Below are positions 49,004 through 59,465 of a DNA stretch of 64,000 bases, piece after piece; the stretch's first letter is position 1; each line of letters begins with the position of its first letter. Made by a program: the position numbers and the translations under genes. The DNA comes from Nitrospirales bacterium (lineage in GTDB: Bacteria; Nitrospirota; Nitrospiria; Nitrospirales; UBA8639). The notes below the pieces were generated by a model that made no database searches, was not told the origin of the DNA, and saw only the letters and a list, made by a program, of their open reading frames with translations. Location of the stretch: the NCBI GenBank assembly GCA_965223295.1, contig CBDCWC010000002.1, positions 896,001 through 960,000 of the forward strand, in the 5' to 3' direction.

Positions 49004-51952
49004 ATGACCACAAAAATTTTTCAGACCTTATTTTTTGGGAATCAGCCTCAAAGAACCATTTTGGCTATTGAAACCGAAAGCGAAGATTGGGGAGCAGGGC
49101 AAAGCCAAGATACAGAACTTCCACCGGCTCCAGAGAATGTCCGCGCAATTCCCGACCATGGTCGAACAACAATCACGTGGGATCCTGTTCCCAACGCTCT
49201 CTACTACAATCTCTATTTCGTCACAACCAAAGGTGTGCAAGTTAAACCCTGCGATCTCTCACGACCCATTGCGGCTCCTGAAGATTTCATTCCCATAGCC
49301 GGCATCAAAACGGATTCAGCCAGTTGCATTGAGGGCGTGGCTTCACCTTATATCCATAACGATTTAGCCAACAATCTTTGCTATCACTATGCCCTAACCG
49401 TCGTAACCGAAGGGGGAGAAAGCCCAATTTCAGAAGAGGTCATGTCCATCCCTTCCCCCTATCTCGCGGTCATGCAAATTGGATGTGAAGGAGTCGATGA
49501 CGGGGAATTCAAATCTCCGACAGGAATTGCCGTGGATAAAGACGGCAATATCTATGTTGGCGACACAGACAATCATTCAATCCAGAAATTTGATAAGACA
49601 GGAAAATTTCTGGCGCGTTGGGGAGAAGAGCCAGACTCCGCTGAAGGAAGCTTTTATTATCCACGCGGCCTTGCCACCTCGCCTGAAGGGGATGTGTATG
49701 TGGCTGACAGCGGAAATAATCGCATCCAAAAATTTGACCCCGAGGGCAACATCGTGAATGCCTGGGGAAAATTTGGGTTTGCCTGGCGTGGGGCCGAAGC
49801 GGGGAAATTTGATGTGCCCTGGGGTCTCACCACCGATTCACAAGGGAATTTATTCGTTTCAGACACCAGCAATGCCCGAGTGCAAAAATTTCTTCCTGAT
49901 GGTACGGCTGTACTCACCTGGGGGCGAGATGGCGGATACGATGGAGCTTTCTTTTATCCCCGAGGGGTGGCGGTGGATTTTGTCGGCAATATCTATGTGG
50001 CAGACGAAGGCAACCATCGAATTCAAAAATTTGATTCTCGTGGGAATTTCCTCCTGAAGTGGGGCAAAGAAGGTAGTGCACCCGGTCAATTCAAATCTCC
50101 CTGGGGCATTGCTTGCGATCCATTAGGCTATATTTATATCGTGGATAGCGGAAACCACCGTGTGCAAAAATTTGAGCCGAACGGCACGTATCTGTGTTCT
50201 TGGGGCAACCGCGGATTAACAGAAGGTCAGCTCAACTTCCCTTCCGGTATTGCCGTGGATAAGGAAGGGTATGTGTATGTCATCGACAGTGGCAATCATC
50301 GATTAACGAAATTTGCTCCAACCGAAGAAGAGTTACAACGCGGCAAGCAAGAGAGAGTTGCTGCCTCGCCAGACCTTGCTGCCCCCATAAATCTAGCCGT
50401 CAAACCTGGTGACACCGAAAATATTTTGAGCTGGCTAGAGATCCCTGATGCCGTAAGCTATAACTTGTACTTTAGCACGGACCCGAATATTACTATGGAA
50501 ACTTCTACCAAGATTGAAGGCGTCACGACTCCTTTTATCCATAGCGGACTGACTAATAATACACCATATTTTTATGCCCTTAGTGCCGTGACAGAAGATG
50601 AAGCAGAAAGCCCGCTTTCAGAAGAACAAACGGCTATTCCGATTCTCATCGATATTGCCGCACCTCAAAATCCCGACATCGTGCTCAATCATGGGGCCTA
50701 TATGACAAATAGCCCAGATATGGTGGCAACCATTTCAGCCAAAGACGTTGACAGCGGTGTCGCAGCTTACTTTATTTCTGAAAATCCTATGACCCCCAGC
50801 CCCACCATGCCCGGATGGGTCGAAGACGAGCCTGAGCAAAAATTTGGTGCCACTATTCCATTCACCACATCTCCTGGAGATGGCACAAAAACCGTCTATG
50901 TCTGGTTTAAGGATGCCAACAACAATGTCTCGGTTCCGGCCAGCGCCAATATCCTGCTCAATACTTCAGGCTATGTGTGCATTACGACATGGGGTAAGCC
51001 TGGACGTGGGGCTTCACTGTTGCACGGCGGTGAATTTATTAGTCCGATGTACGGAATGGCAATTGATCGACAGGGATCAATTTTCGTGGTGGATAATGGC
51101 AACAATCGGATTCAAAAATTTGATCGAAATGGCAATTTTATCCTCTTATGGGGGAATTTCGGCTCCAGTAACGGAAATTTCAATAATCCAACTGGCATTG
51201 CCTGCGATGCAAGCGGGAATCTGTATGTTGCAGATACGAACAATCACCGTATTCAAAAATTTGATGGAAAACTCGGGCATTATGTCATGAAAATCGGCTC
51301 ACGTGGAAATGGTGAGGGACAATTTAATGCACCATGGGGTGTCGCAGTGGATCGAGTTCGTGGATACCTTTATGTGGTGGATAGTGCCAATTTTAGAGTG
51401 CAAAAATTTGATGAAACAGGCGAATTCATTATGCAGTGGGGCAGCTTTGGTAATGCTGATGGTCAATTCTATTTTGCTAGAGGTCTAGCCGTTGACCAAA
51501 CGGATGGCACAGTCTATGTGGTTGACATGGGGAACCACCGGGTTCAGAAGTTTGATACAAGCTCGAATGTTTTGCCTCAATTACTGACCAAATGGGGTGG
51601 TGGAATTGGACCAGGACATGCCAGCAGCGCCCAAGCTCAAGAACCGGGACAATTTCGTTCTCCCTGGGGTGTCACCGTCGACGAAGCTGGCGATGTCTTT
51701 GTCAGTGATACTGGAAATCAACGACTTCAAAAATTTGATAGAGATGGAAATTTCATCACGCAGTGGGGTGGATTCGGCACGAATCAAGGACAATTTAATT
51801 TCCCTTACGGATTAGGAGTGGACAGCCGGGGCCATGTCTTTGTAGTTGACAGTGGCAATATGCGTGTTCAAGAGTTTATGCCAGCCGAAGAAGCGGAAGA
51901 TCATTTCCAAGACGAAGAATCTATGGCATTTATCCCTGAAGCCGCAGAGTAG
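49004..51952 (+). CDS. FN3 plus double NHL-repeat beta-propeller protein
   Basis: About 12 repeats of F..P.G.AVD..G..YV.D..N.R.QKF in two blocks, each preceded by an FN3-like W.....A..YNLYF...Y.YAL segment. Confidence 0.88.
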   Translation: MTTKIFQTLFFGNQPQRTILAIETESEDWGAGQSQDTELPPAPENVRAIPDHGRTTITWDPVPNALYYNLYFVTTKGVQVKPCDLSRPIAAPEDFIPIAGIKTDSASCIEGVASPYIHNDLANNLCYHYALTVVTEGGESPISEEVMSIPSPYLAVMQIGCEGVDDGEFKSPTGIAVDKDGNIYVGDTDNHSIQKFDKTGKFLARWGEEPDSAEGSFYYPRGLATSPEGDVYVADSGNNRIQKFDPEGNIVNAWGKFGFAWRGAEAGKFDVPWGLTTDSQGNLFVSDTSNARVQKFLPDGTAVLTWGRDGGYDGAFFYPRGVAVDFVGNIYVADEGNHRIQKFDSRGNFLLKWGKEGSAPGQFKSPWGIACDPLGYIYIVDSGNHRVQKFEPNGTYLCSWGNRGLTEGQLNFPSGIAVDKEGYVYVIDSGNHRLTKFAPTEEELQRGKQERVAASPDLAAPINLAVKPGDTENILSWLEIPDAVSYNLYFSTDPNITMETSTKIEGVTTPFIHSGLTNNTPYFYALSAVTEDEAESPLSEEQTAIPILIDIAAPQNPDIVLNHGAYMTNSPDMVATISAKDVDSGVAAYFISENPMTPSPTMPGWVEDEPEQKFGATIPFTTSPGDGTKTVYVWFKDANNNVSVPASANILLNTSGYVCITTWGKPGRGASLLHGGEFISPMYGMAIDRQGSIFVVDNGNNRIQKFDRNGNFILLWGNFGSSNGNFNNPTGIACDASGNLYVADTNNHRIQKFDGKLGHYVMKIGSRGNGEGQFNAPWGVAVDRVRGYLYVVDSANFRVQKFDETGEFIMQWGSFGNADGQFYFARGLAVDQTDGTVYVVDMGNHRVQKFDTSSNVLPQLLTKWGGGIGPGHASSAQAQEPGQFRSPWGVTVDEAGDVFVSDTGNQRLQKFDRDGNFITQWGGFGTNQGQFNFPYGLGVDSRGHVFVVDSGNMRVQEFMPAEEAEDHFQDEESMAFIPEAAE

Positions 51953-52125
51953 TGCGACAAACACGCTTAAGGGACTTCACAGCAAACAACATTGGGCGGA
52001 CATGGGCGCTTGCTACACTATGGTCCATGTCTGAAACATTCGTCACTTTCTCTCCAATAATACTCGCAAAGTGACGATGTACATCTTCTACATTTTCAAC
52101 TCTAGATCAACATGTACAATGCAGT

Positions 52126-52154
52126 TTGACTGCAAAGGTGAAGAAATTTATGAT
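52126..52154 (+). promoter_or_regulatory. Candidate sigma70 promoter of guaB-guaA
   Basis: TTGACT-17 bp-TATGAT. Confidence 0.55.
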
Positions 52155-52242
52155 AATGTCATGATCTCACGCCCCAACTTATAATGTCTCAACTCAATTT
52201 CTTTTCATTGAAAGCCTGTAAGCCTCTCAAAGCTCTAACATA

Positions 52243-53703
52243 ATGTGGGACCAACAACTACGAGTCGGCCTAACATTTGATGATGTGGTCCTCACGCCTC
52301 GTCATTCCAATATTATTCCCACTGAAGTTGATACTAGTACCCAACTCACCCGAAATATTCGTATCAATATCCCAATACTCAGTGCGGCCATGGACACGGT
52401 GACTGAAGGCCGCTTGGCGATTGCCTTGGCCCGTGAGGGGGGAATTGGAATTATTCATCGAGCGCTCTCTCCAGAGAGTCAAGCTGCAGAAGTCGACAAG
52501 GTCAAAAAGTCTGAAAGTGGCATGATTCTTTCTCCAATCACCATCTCGCCAGACCATACGATCCGGGATGCTCACCATCTCATGGCGACATATCGGATAT
52601 CAGGAATCCCTGTCACCCAGAACAAAAAACTGGTTGGCATTTTGACCAATCGTGATCTTCGCTTTGAGAGCCGCATGGATCTCAAGATCAGTCAGGCTAT
52701 GACAAAAGATAAACTTGTGACGGCTCCCGAAGGGACTAGTCTTGAAAAAGCTCAAGCCATTCTGCATGAACACCGTATTGAAAAACTTCTCGTCGTCAAT
52801 GACCAATTTGAATTAAAAGGACTCATCACCATTAAAGATATTCAGAAAAAGATCAAATATCCATTTGCCTGTAAAGATGAGCATGGGCGACTTCGTGTCG
52901 GCGCGGCCGTCGGAGTAGGACAAGATGTCGAGGATCGTATCGAACGGCTGACAAAAACCGGCATTGATGTGTTAGTCGTGGATACTGCGCATGGACACGC
53001 CCAAAGCGTTCTGGATAGGGTTAAAGCTATTAGAGCCCAATATCCTAATTTGGAAATTATTGCTGGCAATGTAGCAACTGCTGAAGCCACCAAAGATCTC
53101 ATTCAGGCGGGAGCCGATGCTGTGAAAATTGGCGTAGGTCCCGGGTCCATTTGTACGACACGAATTGTCTCGGGAGCCGGAGTCCCGCAACTCACAGCCG
53201 TCGCAGATTGCGCATCGGTCGCAAAAGAACATCAGATTCCGCTTATTGCTGACGGGGGCATTAAATATTCCGGCGATATTACCAAGGCCTTAGCTGCAGG
53301 CGCATCGACCGTGATGATTGGTTCAATGTTTGCGGGGACAGAAGAGTCGCCAGGAGAAACTGTATTATATCAAGGCCGAACCTACAAAGAATACCGAGGG
53401 ATGGGGTCATTGGGGGCCATGGAACGTGGTGGGAAAGATCGTTATTTTCAGGAAGGACGCGAGAACTCCAAACTGGTGCCCGAAGGCATTGAAGCCCGAG
53501 TACCTTTCAAAGGAAATTTGTCGGTGCTAATCTATCAGCTCGTTGGAGGGCTCAAAGCCGGGATGGGCTACTGTGGCTGCCGAACCATCCCTGAATTGCA
53601 GCGCGAAGCTCGCTTTCTACAGCTCACCTCTGCCGGTCTACGAGAAGCCCATGTCCATGATGTCATCATCACGAAGGAGGCCCCGAATTATCGGGCTGAC
53701 TAA
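52243..53703 (+). CDS. guaB: IMP dehydrogenase
   Basis: [18 protein letters not shown] pair, [17 protein letters not shown]. Confidence 0.98.
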   Translation: MWDQQLRVGLTFDDVVLTPRHSNIIPTEVDTSTQLTRNIRINIPILSAAMDTVTEGRLAIALAREGGIGIIHRALSPESQAAEVDKVKKSESGMILSPITISPDHTIRDAHHLMATYRISGIPVTQNKKLVGILTNRDLRFESRMDLKISQAMTKDKLVTAPEGTSLEKAQAILHEHRIEKLLVVNDQFELKGLITIKDIQKKIKYPFACKDEHGRLRVGAAVGVGQDVEDRIERLTKTGIDVLVVDTAHGHAQSVLDRVKAIRAQYPNLEIIAGNVATAEATKDLIQAGADAVKIGVGPGSICTTRIVSGAGVPQLTAVADCASVAKEHQIPLIADGGIKYSGDITKALAAGASTVMIGSMFAGTEESPGETVLYQGRTYKEYRGMGSLGAMERGGKDRYFQEGRENSKLVPEGIEARVPFKGNLSVLIYQLVGGLKAGMGYCGCRTIPELQREARFLQLTSAGLREAHVHDVIITKEAPNYRAD

Positions 53704-53753
53704 GATTCAGTTCCTCGCCGGGAGCTCAAATCTTATGCGCACTATTAACTCCT

Positions 53754-55310
53754 ATGCAGCCACACCATGATACCATTGTTATCCTCGACTTTGGTTCTCA
53801 ATACACCCAACTGATCGCCAGAAGAATTCGGGAGTTCAAAGTTTATTCCTTCATCCTTCCCGCTCGCACTCCGCTCCAAGAAATCCTGAGTCATCAACCT
53901 AAAGGTCTTATTTTTTCTGGTGGGCCAGCTAGTGTCACCCACACCATTGCTCCAAAACTCACCGCCAAAATTTTCAAGCTTGGCATACCGATATTGGGCA
54001 TTTGCTACGGCATGCAGCTCATTGCTCAACATTTCGGCGGCAAGGTCACCCCCACACAGTTTCGAGAATTTGGGCGCGCGAACCTCCATATTGATCATTC
54101 TGAGGACTTATTTAAAGGCATCAAAACAAAAAAACCTTTTCAGGTCTGGATGTCTCACGGTGATTCGGTTGAACGGCTTCCAAAAGGCTTTCGGAAAATA
54201 GCTCATACCACACATGCACCAATTGCGGCCATGAAATTGACGACTGGCTCTGAAGAACTATTTGGCATTCAATTTCACCCGGAAGTTGTGCATACAGAGC
54301 ATGGAACCACAATCCTCAAAAATTTCACCTTACGGATTTGCCAATGCCAACCAACCTGGACAATGGGCTCTTTTATAGACCAGGCTGTCGCAGATATCCG
54401 CCAAACAGTCGGCAAGGGAACAGTCATCTGCGCATTGAGCGGCGGTGTCGACTCTACAGTCGCTGCCGTTCTCGTTCATCGAGCCATTGGCGATCAGCTA
54501 CGCTGTCTGTTTATCGATAACGGTCTGATGCGCAAAGACGAAGTCGTTCAATTACAAAAGACCTTTGACGCCTCGTATCACATGCCCGTACGAATTGCTG
54601 ATCATGGCTCAACATTCCTGTCAGCACTCGGACGCACAATCAATCCCGAACGCAAACGTAAAATTATTGGAAGGCAGTTCATTAAAGTATTCGAATATGA
54701 AGCTGCCTCATTGGGCACCGTAAATTTTCTCGTGCAGGGAACCTTATATCCCGATGTCATTGAAAGCCTGAGCGTAAACGGGCCTTCAGCCACGATCAAA
54801 AGTCATCACAATGTTGGGGGGCTCCCCAAACGCATGAAATTTAAGCTCATTGAACCCTTTCGCACCTTATTCAAAGACGAAGTCCGTCAATTGGGGCTAG
54901 AACTTGGACTCCCAGAGTCCATTGTGTGGCGGCAGCCGTTCCCTGGCCCAGGCTTAGCGATTCGAATTCTTGGTGCGGTAACCGCAGAACGGTTAACGAT
55001 TCTTCGAGACGCCGATGCCATTGTTCGGGAAGAAATTGAGGCAGCGGATAAATCTCGAAGTATTTGGCAGTTCTTTGCAGTCCTGCTGCCTATACAGACG
55101 GTTGGCGTCATGGGTGATCAACGCACCTATGAATTTGTCATCGCCATTCGCGCAGTCACCAGCACCGACGGCATGACCGCCGACTGGGCCGAAATTCCCT
55201 ATCCTGTGCTCGCAAAAATGTCAAACCGCATTATCAATGAAGTGCATGGCGTCAATCGCGTCGTGTACGATATTAGCTCTAAACCCCCAGCTACGATTGA
55301 GTGGGAATAA
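53754..55310 (+). CDS. guaA: GMP synthase (glutamine-hydrolysing)
   Basis: [44 protein letters not shown]. Confidence 0.98.
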   Translation: MQPHHDTIVILDFGSQYTQLIARRIREFKVYSFILPARTPLQEILSHQPKGLIFSGGPASVTHTIAPKLTAKIFKLGIPILGICYGMQLIAQHFGGKVTPTQFREFGRANLHIDHSEDLFKGIKTKKPFQVWMSHGDSVERLPKGFRKIAHTTHAPIAAMKLTTGSEELFGIQFHPEVVHTEHGTTILKNFTLRICQCQPTWTMGSFIDQAVADIRQTVGKGTVICALSGGVDSTVAAVLVHRAIGDQLRCLFIDNGLMRKDEVVQLQKTFDASYHMPVRIADHGSTFLSALGRTINPERKRKIIGRQFIKVFEYEAASLGTVNFLVQGTLYPDVIESLSVNGPSATIKSHHNVGGLPKRMKFKLIEPFRTLFKDEVRQLGLELGLPESIVWRQPFPGPGLAIRILGAVTAERLTILRDADAIVREEIEAADKSRSIWQFFAVLLPIQTVGVMGDQRTYEFVIAIRAVTSTDGMTADWAEIPYPVLAKMSNRIINEVHGVNRVVYDISSKPPATIEWE

Positions 55311-56128
55311 TGATGGCGACAGAAACAAAAATGGTCCGTTTGCAAAAGATTATCGCCGGATCAGGACTATCGTCCAGGCGAAAAGCCGAGGACTTCATCA
55401 GGCATGGGCTTGTGACTGTCAACGGCGAAACCGTGGTGACTCTGGGGACTAAAGTTGACCCCCTCCATGATCACATTAAGGTTAATGGACGACACCTGAA
55501 ATCAACGCTTCCCGATATGTTTGTCATGCTTAATAAACCTGTCGGATTTCTTTCGACGTTACACGACCCAGAAGATCGTCCAACGATTAAACAACTGATG
55601 CCCAAACCTTCATTGCGGTTGTTTCCTGTCGGTCGCTTGGATTGTGATAGTGAAGGTCTCTTGCTCCTGACCAATAACGGAGATATTGCTCAAGCCTGTC
55701 TTCATCCAACCAATCACGTTCAGAAAACCTATCTTGTCAAGATAAAGGGTGTCTTGGAGGATCAGCATATCCAACAACTTCGGCGCGGGGTCACGTTGGA
55801 CGATGGTCAAACAGCACCAGCCAAAGTGAAAAAGGCCGGAAAAGCTCAGGCCAATTCATGGATTGAAATATCAATTCATGAAGGACGCAAGCATCAAGTC
55901 AAACGCATGTTCGCCCAGATTGGGCACCCAGTCATTCGCTTAAAACGCATTCAATTTGGTCCACTACATTTGGGGAAACTTCTTCCTGGCAAAACGCGCT
56001 ACTTAACCGATAAAGAAGCTAACGACCTCCGGCAGGTATTGGCCCTGACTCAGATACCGTCTTCTGGGCTTTCGCCACTGACAACACCCAGGCAAAAACG
56101 TTCAGAAGAGCCCATCAATCGTAGCTAA
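55310..56128 (+). CDS. rluB: RluB/RsuA-family rRNA pseudouridine synthase with S4 domain
   Basis: RLQK..A..G..SRR, VGRLD..SEGLLLLTN, EGRK.QV.RM. The ATG overlaps the guaA stop. Confidence 0.88.
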   Translation: MMATETKMVRLQKIIAGSGLSSRRKAEDFIRHGLVTVNGETVVTLGTKVDPLHDHIKVNGRHLKSTLPDMFVMLNKPVGFLSTLHDPEDRPTIKQLMPKPSLRLFPVGRLDCDSEGLLLLTNNGDIAQACLHPTNHVQKTYLVKIKGVLEDQHIQQLRRGVTLDDGQTAPAKVKKAGKAQANSWIEISIHEGRKHQVKRMFAQIGHPVIRLKRIQFGPLHLGKLLPGKTRYLTDKEANDLRQVLALTQIPSSGLSPLTTPRQKRSEEPINRS

Positions 56129-56232
56129 ATAACTAATAATTACTATACAAATCATTTCATTTTCTGAGTGTGATATACCAAGCACTTAAATATTTCATGA
56201 ACGAACATGCCATTCGTAAGTAAGAGGTTGTC

Positions 56233-58011
56233 GTGAAACGTTCTCATCATTGCGGCGAATTATCGTTGGCACAGGTAGGGCAAACCGTGACCTTAGCAGG
56301 CTGGGTGGCCAGCCGGCGAGACCACGGCGGTGTGATCTTCATTGATATCCGAGACCGTTATGGTCTCACCCAAATCGTCTTCGACTCTGAGGAAAACGCC
56401 TCTCTTCATACCATAGCAGACCGATTACGAAATGAATATGTCATAGCCATTACCGGAACAGTTTCGGTCCGCCCAACAGAGTCGGAAAATTCTTCGATTC
56501 CAACAGGAAGCATAGAGATTCGCGCCAATGCGCTTGAACTCCTGAATGAAGCCACTCCCCTCCCCTTTTCCATTGAGGACGAAGTGCATGCTTCAGAATC
56601 GCTCCGGCTTGAACACCGCTACTTAGATCTTCGCCGGCCCAAAATGCAACAACTCCTTCTGCTTCGGAGTCAAGTTTCACATCTCACCCGTCAATTCTTG
56701 CATGATCAGCAGTTTGTCGAAATAGAAACGCCGATACTGACGAAAAGTACCCCAGAAGGGGCCCGTGATTATTTAGTCCCAAGCCGGGTGAATCCAGGAG
56801 ATTTTTTTGCTCTGCCTCAATCCCCCCAACTGTTTAAGCAGATTCTGATGATCGGCGGACTGGACCGTTACTTTCAAATTGCCCGATGCTTTCGGGATGA
56901 AGATCTTCGCTTAGACCGCCAACCAGAATTTACGCAAATTGATCTGGAAATGTCGTTTGTGGACCGAGAAGATATCATCCAACTTATCGAAAACCTCATC
57001 AGATTGATTTTTAAAGAAACGCAACAAATAGATCTTCCCAACCCCTTTCCACGCCTCTCTTTTGATGAGGCTATGAGCCGATATGGGACAGATAAACCTG
57101 ATTGCCGCTTTGACCTTGAGCTGCAGGATCTCTGCGAATTTTCCAAAACCTGTGATTTCCAGGTTTTTCGCCGCGCTATTGAAAGTGGTGGCATGGTCAA
57201 GGGACTGATCATTCCGAAAGGCGGGGGCTTTGCTCGAAACCGTATTGATAACTTAATCGATACGGCCAAAGATTTTGGAGCAAAGGGATTAGCCTGGGTC
57301 AAAATTAATGAAGAAGGACAGTTGGATTCATCCATCGCCAAGTTCTTAAATGCTGAAACTCTACGAAAAGCCCTTCCCTCTGCAAACCCCGGAGACCTCC
57401 TTGTCTTTGTGGCCGATCAAGCCACCATCGTCCATCAAGTCTTGGGCCGTCTCCGTCTGCTACTCGGAGAAGAATTACAATTAGTCAATCACAATGCTTG
57501 GAAACCTCTGTGGGTCGTCGATTTCCCCATGTTTGAATACGATGCGGCCAGCCAACGACATGTGGCCCTTCATCACCCCTTTACCGCGCCACATCCTGAA
57601 GACATCCCACTCTTAGAAAGTCAGCCATTGGAGGCCAAAACCTTAGCCTATGACCTTGTGCTTAATGGCTTTGAGCTGGGTGGCGGCAGTATCCGCATTC
57701 ATTCCCCACACATCCAGGAAAAAGTTTTCGAGTTACTTAAGATATCCGAAACTGAAGCACGGGAAAAATTTGGATTTTTACTGGATGCCTTAGAATCTGG
57801 AGCACCACCCCATGGAGGCATTGCTCTCGGATTGGATCGATTAATCATGCTCTTAGGAAAGACTGAATCCATTCGCGATACGATTCCCTTTCCCAAAACA
57901 CAAAAGGCGCAGTGCCTGATGACACATGCGCCTTCTTCAGTCGCTCTTGAGCAACTTCAAGAATTATCTATTCGTACAACTGCCAAGAAACCCACGGCAC
58001 CTTCTTCCTAA
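56233..58011 (+). CDS. aspS: Aspartate--tRNA ligase
   Basis: RRDHGG, TPEGARDY, LPQSPQLFKQ, FRDED, GGGSIR, PPHGGIA.GLDR. Confidence 0.98.
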   Translation: MKRSHHCGELSLAQVGQTVTLAGWVASRRDHGGVIFIDIRDRYGLTQIVFDSEENASLHTIADRLRNEYVIAITGTVSVRPTESENSSIPTGSIEIRANALELLNEATPLPFSIEDEVHASESLRLEHRYLDLRRPKMQQLLLLRSQVSHLTRQFLHDQQFVEIETPILTKSTPEGARDYLVPSRVNPGDFFALPQSPQLFKQILMIGGLDRYFQIARCFRDEDLRLDRQPEFTQIDLEMSFVDREDIIQLIENLIRLIFKETQQIDLPNPFPRLSFDEAMSRYGTDKPDCRFDLELQDLCEFSKTCDFQVFRRAIESGGMVKGLIIPKGGGFARNRIDNLIDTAKDFGAKGLAWVKINEEGQLDSSIAKFLNAETLRKALPSANPGDLLVFVADQATIVHQVLGRLRLLLGEELQLVNHNAWKPLWVVDFPMFEYDAASQRHVALHHPFTAPHPEDIPLLESQPLEAKTLAYDLVLNGFELGGGSIRIHSPHIQEKVFELLKISETEAREKFGFLLDALESGAPPHGGIALGLDRLIMLLGKTESIRDTIPFPKTQKAQCLMTHAPSSVALEQLQELSIRTTAKKPTAPSS

Positions 58012-59039
58012 GCCTTCGCGACATCGACCACAATGGAATGAAGACCTGTTGCCCCAGCCGGTTGCGGGCGGGCCATTTCAGAAGTCTGCACCTTGCCTTG
58101 GGCATCAATAGCCCTCACGGACACCATATGCTTTCCGGCCTGAGGAACATTCCAATCATAATTCCAAATGACCCACGTATAGGGAGACAGAGGTGTTTCT
58201 AAATCAGCAGGCACCCAAGTTTTTTCTTGATCGAAACTGAGTTGCACTTCCCGTATCGTTTCTGGCCCGCCAAAGGCAATGCCGCGTAAACGCTGCGTGA
58301 AACCCTGAACGGATTGATAGTGACCGGGACTATCAATCCGTGAAAAGATATGAATCGTGCCATCATCAGTCCAGCCTTTTTGTTGCCAGTAGCCTTTATA
58401 GTCTCCGTTATACACTTCGATTTCCGTAATCCACTTTACATTCTTAATTCCATACAAACCAGGAACGACAAGACGAAGGGGAAAGCCATGCTCTTTCGGA
58501 AGTTTTTCCCCGTTCATTAAATACGCCAACATCACATCGTCTTCCATTGCCCGTGAAAACGGGATACTATCGTGATACCCATCCGCTCCTCGAAAGATGA
58601 CATCTCTTGCCATCTCTTCGTCTACGCCCACATCTTTCAAGAGCTTTTTCAATGAAATCCCACGCCACATTGCCGTACCCAAACTGCTCCCGCCTGGCAG
58701 AGTATCAATACACATAAGCGTCACAGCCTGATCAAAGGATTCACGATTTAACAAATCGCGCCATTTCATCACTGTAGGCATTTCCACCACGCCTTTCACG
58801 AGCATCTGCCATTGTTCAACATCTAAATCACGGGTGAAATTATAGGACCCTTCGTTGAAATTGACCCGGTAAAACTTGTCATTGGGCGTAAAATACACGG
58901 TGTCTCGTGGCGGCACCGCAAACATGGAACCCAGATCACAGCCCGGCAAAACTACACTGGCAGTAGCCAGACCTCCGAGAGTCAGAATCCCGCGTCGAGA
59001 GAATTTCCACGTCAAGGGTAATGATTCGTAAACAGGCAT
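58008..59039 (-). CDS. Sulfite-oxidase-family molybdopterin oxidoreductase, Tat-exported lipoprotein candidate
   Basis: SRRGIL Tat motif and LPGC lipobox. TLMC (Mo-ligand Cys), HGFPLRLVVPG.YG.KNVKW, C-terminal Ig-like dimer domain. Confidence 0.85.
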   Translation of the reverse strand: MPVYESLPLTWKFSRRGILTLGGLATASVVLPGCDLGSMFAVPPRDTVYFTPNDKFYRVNFNEGSYNFTRDLDVEQWQMLVKGVVEMPTVMKWRDLLNRESFDQAVTLMCIDTLPGGSSLGTAMWRGISLKKLLKDVGVDEEMARDVIFRGADGYHDSIPFSRAMEDDVMLAYLMNGEKLPKEHGFPLRLVVPGLYGIKNVKWITEIEVYNGDYKGYWQQKGWTDDGTIHIFSRIDSPGHYQSVQGFTQRLRGIAFGGPETIREVQLSFDQEKTWVPADLETPLSPYTWVIWNYDWNVPQAGKHMVSVRAIDAQGKVQTSEMARPQPAGATGLHSIVVDVAKA

Positions 59040-59114
59040 AAGGAATAAGCTTATTATCTAATGTTCGTCTTCTCTAGACAAGTTCCAGATGAGAAGAATT
59101 CAGCCTGGATTACT

Positions 59115-59339
59115 GAGGCTGTCGAATAATGATGATATCAACGGCCACATTTCGTGTCTGAGAGGTAACATGTCAGAGACCTCGGGTCTGTTCAAAAAAG
59201 TCCGTTCAGCAAGGCCACAGCCATTGTTGCGCGCGGAGCGTACTGGCAGTATGTGAGCACGGAAAAAGAGCGACCCGCCTGCGCAAAGCCGCTCCGGCGA
59301 AGGCAGAGAACGCCGCTGGCGGCTTTTTTCAACAGACCC
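59115..59339 (+). mobile_element. MITE-like repeat, copy F (191 bp plus 34-bp nested hairpin)
   Basis: Full-length family match with an insert at 59274-59307. Flanked by TTACT on both sides. Confidence 0.9.
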
Positions 59340-59465
59340 TTACTGACTTTCAGACTGTGACTTTCAGACCGGCTACCTTGACCTTATTCAAGAGTTAGCC
59401 TAAGGTTTTTTATAGGAATATCAAAGAATTGCCCCCTATTCAGTTTCCAACAAAAGGATTTGGAT

